Part shown: in pieces, positions 1 to 8,700 of the stretch
Numbering within the stretch: position 1 is the first letter of the stretch
Layout: every line of letters begins with the position of its first letter
From: Candidatus Kapaibacterium sp.
Lineage (GTDB): Bacteria; Bacteroidota; Ignavibacteria; Kapaibacteriales; WFXC01
DNA length: 61,014 bases
Direction: 5' to 3'
Assembly: GCA_027082775.1 (NCBI GenBank)
Contig: JALWUI010000112.1
Span: 1-61,014, forward strand
Made by a program: the position numbers and the translations under genes
Notes under the pieces: generated by a model
Seen by the model: only the letters and a program-made list of their open reading frames with translations
What the model was told of the DNA's origin: nothing
Databases searched by the model: none

Positions 1-324
1 GCGCTTACCAACGCTGACGACACGGTATTTGCCGAAGCGGAAGCTGCCGCTTCGGGCATCATCAAACTGTACGCCGACATCGAAGAACCCGCCAGCGCCG
101 CCGATGCGCCGGAATGGGTAAAACTCCCCGCCGCCTGGCTGGTTGCCCGCATCCTGCTGGGTAGGTTGCCCGACATTAACCCTGACTTGCTCCGCGAAGC
201 TCGCGCCAACTGGAACACAGCGGTGGAAATTCTCCAGCGTCACCGTCCACGCCGCCGCAGCGAAAGCGCCCCTTCCACGGGCACCATTTCCGGGATGCTG
301 ACACTATCGGGAGAGACAAAATGA
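1..324 (+). CDS. 3' part of a phage-like morphogenesis gene (possible head-tail joining family), 5' end outside window
   Basis: Frame 1 is open from nt 1 to TGA at 322-324 (ALTNADDTVFAEAEAAASGII...RHRPRRRSESAPSTGTISGMLTLSGETK). The stop overlaps the next start as ATGA (321-324). Region is visibly GC-rich: hand count of nt 1-60 gives 37/60. No family-defining motif seen. Confidence 0.4.
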   Translation, partial: ALTNADDTVFAEAEAAASGIIKLYADIEEPASAADAPEWVKLPAAWLVARILLGRLPDINPDLLREARANWNTAVEILQRHRPRRRSESAPSTGTISGMLTLSGETK

Positions 325-722
325 CGTTCTCGCAGCTCTGGGACTCGATTGTGGATTTGCTGCGAAGCAACGCCGATTCGATCGGCATCGACGCCGACCA
401 CATCGATTACGGCACGCTCGGCAAGGCGCTGCCGCTCCATCCACCCTTTCTTCTTGTCTACTGCCTCCCCGGTAGTTTCTACCAGAGCGAATCCACCTCG
501 ATAATCACCCAACTGGCAAGCGTCATTCTCTACATCGGCGCAAAGCCACAACCGGCGCTGCACGAAACGCTGAAAAACGCTACGGAAAAAGCAGGCAAAG
601 CCATCCAGGCGCTCCAGCAGGCGCACCTGCCAATGCGCAACCTCACCATCGACTTAGTGGAAGCCTCTTCCTCCCAGGTCGTCCTTGCTGTGGAGTTCGC
701 TACGTTCTATGATCTTGCTTAA
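321..722 (+). CDS. hypothetical protein, phage head-tail/tail-completion-like (family not resolved)
   Basis: 133-aa ORF translationally coupled (ATGA) to the preceding ORF. Size and composition fit small phage connector/terminator proteins. No diagnostic motif. Confidence 0.5.
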   Translation: MTFSQLWDSIVDLLRSNADSIGIDADHIDYGTLGKALPLHPPFLLVYCLPGSFYQSESTSIITQLASVILYIGAKPQPALHETLKNATEKAGKAIQALQQAHLPMRNLTIDLVEASSSQVVLAVEFATFYDLA

Positions 723-727
723 TTCCT

Positions 728-1471
728 TTAATCGCTCCGTATAGAAAGATTCATTGATTGTTGGCGCCGCAACCACTGTTGCACTATTTTAATGTTGCGC
801 TCATAAATTGCCAATGTTGGCGCCTCATCATCTGGCTCCGCCTCCTCCATAAAGTGCTTCAGGAAATACTCAATTCCACCTTTGTAGCGATCGTCTCCCA
901 ACCACTGATCTATAATCTCATACGAAGGCAATTCTTCATCTTCCGATGCTAACCAAAACTCCACGCCGTTGGTAACAATAGGCTTATCAGCAACATCAAA
1001 TATTACTGCGTAATTAACCTCCCAGTGTGATAACTTTTCAACTGGATGTAGCTTCCCTATTTCCGCCATTATTGGAATAACTGCACTCTTCTGTATCCAC
1101 TTTTCCGGGAATGGGCATTCTTCCAACTCTGACAATGGCACCGAGCGACCAGTCTTCAAATACCATATTCGCTGCTGATCCGCATCTATTGCAATCCAAA
1201 CACACAATAGATCGCTACTTTGAAACGCAAGCCGAGACCACAAAAGCCACCCGCAGAATCCATCCACTTCGCAGAAATACATATCGCACCGATACTCCCT
1301 TTCTCCGGCAAAATCAATGGTGCTGATAAAATAATTTCCAAACCATTGCACTCCAATGCGTTTGTCTTTCATAAGCTGATCCACTTGCCTGCGAAACCAT
1401 TCCAATCGTCCCTGTGAATCCTCCGGAACAACTCGCACCTTCTCACGCTCATATCGGCAACGCTTCGTCAT
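728..1471 (-). CDS. hypothetical acidic protein (possible immunity-type protein)
   Basis: 247-aa ORF, third gene of a tightly packed minus-strand cassette (1-nt gap to the upstream ORF). Acidic C-terminal third (FMEEAEPDDEAP). Low-GC relative to nt 1-722. Confidence 0.55.
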   Translation of the reverse strand: MTKRCRYEREKVRVVPEDSQGRLEWFRRQVDQLMKDKRIGVQWFGNYFISTIDFAGEREYRCDMYFCEVDGFCGWLLWSRLAFQSSDLLCVWIAIDADQQRIWYLKTGRSVPLSELEECPFPEKWIQKSAVIPIMAEIGKLHPVEKLSHWEVNYAVIFDVADKPIVTNGVEFWLASEDEELPSYEIIDQWLGDDRYKGGIEYFLKHFMEEAEPDDEAPTLAIYERNIKIVQQWLRRQQSMNLSIRSD

Positions 1472-1472
1472 T

Positions 1473-1733
1473 TTATTGCCATCTCCCTATATATTCCACG
1501 GCGTTAGCTCGCTGTAAATAAACATCAACCGTAATCTTACTTCCCTCCGGCTTTCCTGTTGCAAATAAGTTATCTAATACCCACCGAAGTTGTGCTAATT
1601 CATTTCCACCATAAAAAATTATCATCCAATATGCCTGCGGTTTTCGGAAAGCTTTTTCTATTTCCCGTCTTATTGCATCATAAGATGTCATTTGCTTTAT
1701 TTCCACTGGAATTGTTTCTTTATCCCTGCGCAC
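1473..1733 (-). CDS. small hypothetical protein (possible immunity-type protein); more likely start at ATG 1691
   Basis: 86-aa ORF. The internal Met15 (MTSYDAIRR, ATG at 1689-1691) would remove the 37-nt overlap with the upstream gene and leave a 5-nt gap. Hand counts of nt 1501-1620 give 32-45% GC. Confidence 0.5.
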   Translation of the reverse strand: MRRDKETIPVEIKQMTSYDAIRREIEKAFRKPQAYWMIIFYGGNELAQLRWVLDNLFATGKPEGSKITVDVYLQRANAVEYIGRWQ

Positions 1734-2173
1734 AAATGATCGATATCTCCTCCACGCAAATTTTCTCCTTTTTTTGGCTCAGCACTATATATCACTGCAA
1801 ATCCCTCCTTATCAGCAAGAAGTAGACCAGCAGTAACTTCATTCAACGACTTGACAACCTCCACCAACTGCCCTTTTGCCAGCCTTTCCCCTTTTTCCTG
1901 CAAATACTCCTTTTTCAGCAGGACTTTCCCACCGCTGGTCGTCGTAATCTCTACATCCCCGCTGCTTTTCGCGTGCGCCGCCCGCACGTACTGCCGCCGC
2001 ACCTCCTGCGGCACCACCGTAAACTGATTCGGTCGCGTCTTTTCCATTTTATCCATCGCCGCCGTCGTAAACGCTTCCACCTCCTCCATCACCGGCTCCC
2101 AGTAGTGCCGACAATTCCACCCGCCACAAAACAACCACGCCGCCTGTCCAAAATCATTCTTCATCTTCGACAC
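1697..2173 (-). CDS. truncated MuF-like C-terminal remnant fused to an unknown ~90-aa C-terminal domain (candidate orphan polymorphic-toxin tip)
   Basis: 158-aa ORF with GTG start at 2171-2173 (ATG at 2162-2164) and an in-frame stop at 2216-2218, so it cannot extend further. The N-terminus GGWNCRHYW recalls the HPNCRC signature that closes phage Mu-F/SPP1 gp7 domains. The coding sequence is GC-rich in its 5' half and drops to lower GC from about nt 1960 downstream. Confidence 0.45.
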   Translation of the reverse strand: MSKMKNDFGQAAWLFCGGWNCRHYWEPVMEEVEAFTTAAMDKMEKTRPNQFTVVPQEVRRQYVRAAHAKSSGDVEITTTSGGKVLLKKEYLQEKGERLAKGQLVEVVKSLNEVTAGLLLADKEGFAVIYSAEPKKGENLRGGDIDHLCAGIKKQFQWK

Positions 2174-2260
2174 AGCACCCAGCGCAAAGACTTTCCCAAC
2201 CTTACTGTCCCTCAGTTATTTTTGCTGCTTTAAACGTCCCTTCCGGGAGATTTATTTCCA

Positions 2261-2583
2261 ACCTACGCCCATCCGTAGGGGCGACCGGCCGGTCGCCCCT
2301 ACACATTTACGTCAGTGCATCCTTTTTATCTTTTGCCGGCGAAAGCCGGCGCTCCCAGTAGCGGCACCCCCGTGTGGTCGCCTACTGGGCGAAACACCGC
2401 TTCGCCCCTACCATCGACTGGGAGCACATGCTTCAGCGTGCATTCTTTTATCTTTTGCCGACTAAAGTCGGCGCTCCCAGTAGGCGCAACCAGTTGATCG
2501 CCTACATACCCGTAGGGGCGACCGGCCGGTCGCCCCTACACATTCGCAACGATGCCGACGAAAGTCGGCGCTCCCAGTAGGCA
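2261..2583. repeat. cluster of REP-like structured intergenic repeats
   Basis: Perfect 28-nt palindrome GTAGGGGCGACCGGCCGGTCGCCCCTAC at 2275-2302 and again at 2512-2539, each inside a ~47-nt direct repeat (2261-2307, 2500-2544). Three copies of a hairpin unit TGCCGRC-NAAA-GYCGGCGCTCCCAGTAG at 2331-2362, 2453-2485 and 2551-2583. Confidence 0.85.
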
Positions 2584-2650
2584 CTTCCAGCAAGGACGCT
2601 TCCAGAAAGGTGTTTCCCAGGGTGTATTGAAACTTACTGATGCGGTGGGG

Positions 2651-2686
2651 GTAAAACAAAAAAGGCAGCCTGAAACAGGCTGCCTT
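2651..2686 (-). terminator. Rho-independent terminator of the 2098-aa gene
   Basis: Stem GGCAGCCTG (2664-2672), loop AAA, CAGGCTGCC (2676-2684). On the minus strand it is followed by TTTTTTGTTTT (complement of 2653-2663). Lies 47 nt past the stop at 2733. Confidence 0.8.
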
Positions 2687-2732
2687 TCTGACACAGTTGT
2701 CTGAAAGACTTATTCGACAGTTTGCACCTTTT

Positions 2733-5700
2733 TTACTTCACAATGAGCATTTGCCGCGTCAACCGAACCGGTCCAGCACTCAGCGTGTAGAAGTATGTGC
2801 CGCTGGAGAGGACCGTGTTGCGCAGATCGAATTTCACCTGCTGCCAGCCAGCAGCAACCGTCCCTTCGTAGAGCGTTAACAGCTCACGTCCATATCCATC
2901 GCTGATGGTCAGCTTCACATATGTTGCTTTCGGTACATAGAACCGAATGACCGTTCGCGTCTCAAATGGATTCGGATTGTTCTGTTCCAGAATAAATCCA
3001 CTGGCTGAACTTCGCTCGTCAACCGCCACATTCGGATTGAAGACGATCGTTACCGTATCAGACACAACCTCGCCACATTCGCCTGTGATCACACACCAGT
3101 ATTGCCCTTCAACGCCTGACTGTCCGAAGAGCGGTAACTCTGGCGATGTAGCACCACTGATCGGTTGTCCATCTTTGTACCATTGATATGTCAGCGTGCC
3201 TTCACCCTCTGCAGCAACTCGAATCGTATCCCGCTCATTTACAGTCAGCACCGTATCATCTGACAATGTTGGTTGCTGGGTAATAACGGTTTCTTTCTTC
3301 AGCGAAACCGTTACCGTTTCGCTGGTCGTCACGCCACATTCATTTGCAATTTCCACCCAATAATCTCCAGCATCGCTCATTGTTGCAGAGGTCGTCACTT
3401 CCAGCGTTGCGCTGGTTGCTCCCGTTATCGGCTGCCCATCTTTGTACCACTGATACGTCAGCGTTGGATCATTCGGGTCATCCACTGCAACATCCAGCGC
3501 TACAGCCTCACCCGGACAGACACTCTGCGACTGCGGTTGCGTTGCGATAACCGGTGCTGTCTTAACGGTAAGATGCGCATTCGCAGAATTAACCGTCACG
3601 CCATTGACGATGTCGGTAATCTCCACATAGTAATCCCCTTCGTCAGCAGTTGTGACGTTGGTCAGCGTCAGCGTAGCCGCTGTTGCGCCTGCAATTGGAC
3701 TGCCGTCCTTGTACCACTGGTACGTCAGGATTGCATTAGGTGCGATGGAATGTGCCTGCACGGTAAAGGTCACATCGCTGCCTTCGCATACCGTCGTATC
3801 CTGAGGCTGCTGGGTGATTTCAATATCCGGAATCAGAATGGTGATGGATCCACGATCTGAGGTAGCATCACCACACTCCGCACTGACGACCACATAGTAG
3901 TCATTCCCAACATCTGCCTGGGTCACGTTGCGGATCGTCAGGACATTGGATTGTGATCCGGTAATTCGTCCATCATCTTGCAACGGCGTATTTCCACGAT
4001 ACCACTGGAAGGTAGCCGTTGCCAGATCCTGTGCGTTCGTATTCGCCCGGAACACCACCGTTTCACCCGGGAACACCACGTGATTCTTCGGATCTGCCAG
4101 CGAAACCTGCGTCGGCGGATTGACGAACACCTTCGCTACCGCAGAGGCAACAGGACCGCAATAGCCGGTGACCTCACACCAGTAATCCCCGCTATGTCCA
4201 TACGTTGCAGGCGAAATGGTCAGGATTCGACCCGTTGCGCCTGGGAGCGGCACACCGTCTTTGTACCACTGGTATTGCAGATCCGTCTGTCCCGTTGGCG
4301 GCGTTCCTGTCGCTTCCACTTCTAACTGGAAGGTACCGCCAACACATACGCCAACATCCTCCGGTTGTTTTGTGATCGACACCGGCGTGTGCACGGTCAA
4401 CTGTGCCGGATTAGAAGTCACTGCTGGATCACAAACACCAGAGACAATAACCCGATAGTATCCTTCATCACTGTATTGAGCACTGGCAAGCGTAAAGGTT
4501 GCAGCATTCGCCCCTTGAATATCCTGCCATGTCTGTCCATCTGCACTGTACTGCCACTGGTACATAATGCCGGTACCACTGGCGACAACAGAAAAGCTTA
4601 CCTGATCACCCAAGCAGACTACCTGACTGGCCGGATGCTGGGAAATCCGTGGTTTCGTGTTGACTGTCAACACTATGGAACTGGTAACATTTGGCGGACA
4701 GTAGCCAGAAACGACAACCTGATACTCGCCTGCCTGACTCGGCGTGATAGCCGGAAGATTCAGGGTAGCGCCCATACCCACCAACTGTCCATCTTTGTAC
4801 CATTCATAAGACAGGTCGTCTCCGGTTGCGGTCGCCGTAAGGACCACATCTGTTCCTTCGCAAATCTCGGTATTTGGATCGGCTGTCACCGCTGTAATCA
4901 CAGGTGGATATTTCACCGTCAACGTAGCCTGTGCTGTTGCTACTCCACACGTTCCGGTAACCTTCACTTCGTACGTACCTTCGTCAGCATCCGTAACATT
5001 TTGCAATGTAATCGTATTCACACCCGAAGCGATCAAATTCCCATCCTTATACCACTCATAATCAATGCCTGTGCCGGTCGCCAGCGCTGTAAAGGTAACG
5101 TCAGCGCCAACACAGACGACCTGCGATACCGGTGGCTGTTGAATCACCGGCGGTTGATTCACAACCACAGCTACTGTATTCGAGGTTGCCGGCTGATTAC
5201 AGATATTGGACACCACCACAAAGTAGAATCCTTCATCCGCTTCCTGAGCGTTCAGCTTCGTATAGGTACTCTGCGTTGCGCCCGGAATGGCAACCGCATT
5301 CCCCTGCCCGTCATACTTGTACCATTGGTAAGTCAATCCTGTACCCACAGCCTGCACACTTAACGTAAAGCTCTGTCCTGCGCACACCGCCACTCCCTGC
5401 GGTTGTTCCGTAATCTCTGGCAATGCATAGAAGTCCAGGCGTGCCGGATTGGTATAGACCGTTCCACACGGCGTCGTATACGCCGCACGGTAATAATTGC
5501 CATCATCTGTCGGTTGCGCTGTGACGGTCAACGTGTTGGTCTGGGATCCACTGATATGCCCCGGTGCATCGACCAAATCCGTCCACGTAGCACCCCCATC
5601 CGTGCTCACCTGCCACTGCACACTGAGCGGCGTCTGCGGCGTTCCTACCTGTGCACTGGCAGTATATACCGCATCATCACCAGCACAGACGGTCAGATTC

Positions 5701-8700
5701 TGCGGATGGGTCAGATTCTCTGCCAGCGTGTAAATCGTCACGGTGACGCCCTGCGAAACATCCGTACCGCAGACATTGCTATACACAACCCGATACTGGT
5801 ACTGGTTAATCGTGCGATCGACATTTGTCAGCGTCAGCGTCGGATTGGTTTCTCCAACCAGGTCTGTCCACGTAGCACCACCATCGGTGCTCACCTGCCA
5901 CTGCGCCTGCGGTGCTGGCTGACCACTGGCTTGACTGGTGATAACAATGTCTGTCCCTTCACACGCCGGTGCTGGCGTCTGCGGCTGTTGCGTAATAACC
6001 GGCGCTGTATTGACAGTCACTTGCGCCGAATTCGAAATTGCCGGCTGATTACAAATGTTCGATACGATGACTCGGTAGTATCCTGCATCGCTGGTTGCTG
6101 CGCTATTTACACTATACGTCGAGTTAGTTGCTCCCGTAATATCTACCCACGTCACATTGTCACTGGAGTACTGCCATTGATATGTCAGTCCCGTACCACT
6201 TGCCTGTACACTCAGCGTGAACGGATCGCCCTCGCAAATGGTCACATCCTGCGGATGCTGCGTAATGTCAGGCAATGCATAGAAATTCAATGTCGCTGCA
6301 TTGCTGAAGACATCACCACACTGCGTTGTAAACTTCGCCCGATACTGATTGCCATCGTCACTTTGCTGAGCAGTAACCGTCAGGGTAGAAGTTCCGGAGC
6401 CACTAATGTGCCCTGCAACATCGCTCAGATCTGTCCAGCTCGTTCCATTATCAGTACTCACCTGCCACCGTATCGTAAGCACTGTCTGCGGCGTTCCCAC
6501 TTGTGCCGTTGCGGTAAAGACTGCATCATCACCAGCACAAACAGTCTGATCAGAGGGATGCGTCAGATTTTCTGCCAATGTGTAGACGGTCAGCGTAACG
6601 GCATTGGACGTTACCGTTCCACACGCATTGGTCCATTCAACTCGATATTGATACTGATTCAAACTCCGGGTTACACCGGTCAACATTAACGAAGCGGTAT
6701 TTGCCCCTGCAATTGCTGTCCAGCTTGCTCCTGCATCAGTGCTTACATACCACTGCGCAGTCGGTGCTGGATCTCCAGTTGCCTGACTACTGAAGGTTAC
6801 CGTTCCATTCTCACAAACACTTTGATCCGTTGGCTGCTGGGTGATCGTCGGCGCACTCTGCACGGTCACCACCACCTGATCACTGGCGGTACAGCCTTTG
6901 CTGTCCGTTACCGTTACCGTGTAGGTATACGTCCCGGCTGCATTCAATGTCACCGTCGGATTCGCCGCCGTCGGATCACTTAACCCGGTCGTCGGACTCC
7001 AGTTGTACGTGTATGGCGCTGTCCCACCACTGGCGGTCGGATTGCCACCTAAGGTTGCTGTCGCCCCAGCACAGATTGTTACATCTTGCCCCGCATCCGC
7101 CACCGGGTTCGGATTGACCGTTACCACCACCTGATCACTGGCGGTACACCCTTTGCTGTCCGTTACCGTCACTGTGTAAGTGTATGTCCCGGCTGCATTC
7201 AATGTCACCGTCGGATTTGCCGCTGTCGGATCATTCAACCCGGTCGTCGGACTCCAGTTGTACGTGTATGGCGCTGTCCCACCACTGGCGGTTGGATTGC
7301 CACCCAAAGTCGTACTTCCACCCTCGCATATCTCCTGATCCAACCCCGCATCCGCCACCGGGTTCGGATTGACCGTTACCACCGTCGTCGTCGCGCTGGT
7401 ACATCCATTTGCATCTTCAACAAAAACATAATAGGTGTGTGTTCCAACAGATGGGGAAGTCGTCAAACTGGTCCCTGTTCCTAAAACAGGTCCCTGGTCA
7501 TTACCTAAGTACCACGTAATTGCATACGGCGAAGTGCCGCCAGTAACGGTAACCGACAGCGTCGTACTACTCCCATCGCAGATCTCTGTTGAGTTAAAAG
7601 CAGCCGTTAATACCGGAGCATCATATGCTGTTACGGTTACCGTTGCAGTACTGGTCCCACATCCATTCCACAACACAACTTCGTAAACAGCCTGACCGGG
7701 ACTAGTCACATCAATGGTCAGCGTTTGCGTATACTGTCCCGTAAAATTCCACAAAGTTCCAGTCACCTGCGACCACGTGACCGTCTGGAAATTAATTCCT
7801 CCCACGGACAACTGTACCTGCGTATCTCCATAGAAGCATAAGAACTCATCCTGCGGTGCAGACGTGATCTCTGGTGGAGCTGTGACTGTAAGACTGGTAC
7901 TACCGCTGATAACAGTCGCACAGGCATTACTCGCTACAATCCGATAGATGTAGTCACCATCTCCGGTTTGCACATTGTACAGGGTAAAGTTCACCGTTCC
8001 CGGAGAAGTTGTCAATGTCGTGGTTGCCACATCATTCCACGGACCAGACGGTGTTGCAATATCCTGCCGTTGCAACGTAAAAGTGATGGGAGCTGTACCT
8101 GTATAATTGGAACTAAACGTTGCATCCTGTCCGACACACACATCGGGATCGACTGGATCGGTCAACGTTGGATTGAACCACACGGTTAATTGTGCAGAAT
8201 TCGACGTCGCCGTTGCCCATGTGGAGCTGACTTCACAGCGATAGAATCCCGCATCGTTCCCATCGATGGCTGTCAGCGTCAAGGTTGCAGCCGTTGCGTT
8301 CGCAATGTTACTCCACGTCGTTCCATTCGCTGAGTACTGCCATTGATAGGTATACGGACCGCCAATGGTTCCCACGGAAAAGGTTACATCATTTCCTTCA
8401 CATTCCGTCACATCCTGTGGCTGCTGCGTAATCGTGGGAAGTCCAATCAGTCGGCTGGTCGGCTGCTGCAAGCCGAAGTTGCTGGGGGTACAGTTGGAAC
8501 TACAGTAAGTTAAACTAATGGGTGTCTGGTTTGGCTCCTTATGGGCAACAGCAGAAGCGCTGATATTGAATTGCAACTGATCTAATTGCGTCCCTCCTCC
8601 ACTTTTAATTCCCCACCGATAGGTTGCAATATACACAGTTCCGGTTGTTGGTCCAGGATTAAAGAAGAAGTTCGATGGGGTAATATTAATTGAAACCGTA

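Noticed and set aside
1-2233. Intact prophage or mobile element call.
   Set aside because: No integrase, terminase, portal, capsid, transposase or att-like direct repeats are visible in the window. Only small structural-type ORFs and a truncated cassette are present, so I describe it as a phage-derived fragment and not as a mobile_element feature.
2240-2600. Possible CRISPR array, because short repeats are separated by unique spacers.
   Set aside because: The repeat units belong to at least two different types and are unequal in length, irregularly spaced and internally palindromic. The same units recur singly at other intergenic sites, and no cas genes are present. This is REP/MITE-like, not CRISPR.
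2315-2659. Small ORFs across the repeat clusters: 2315-2497, 2374-2580 and 2462-2659 here, and likewise 40137-40524 and 32080-32470.
   Set aside because: They are translations of the palindromic repeats (recurring ...LPAKAGAPS.../...PTKVGAPS... peptides on both strands). They have no start context and overlap each other.
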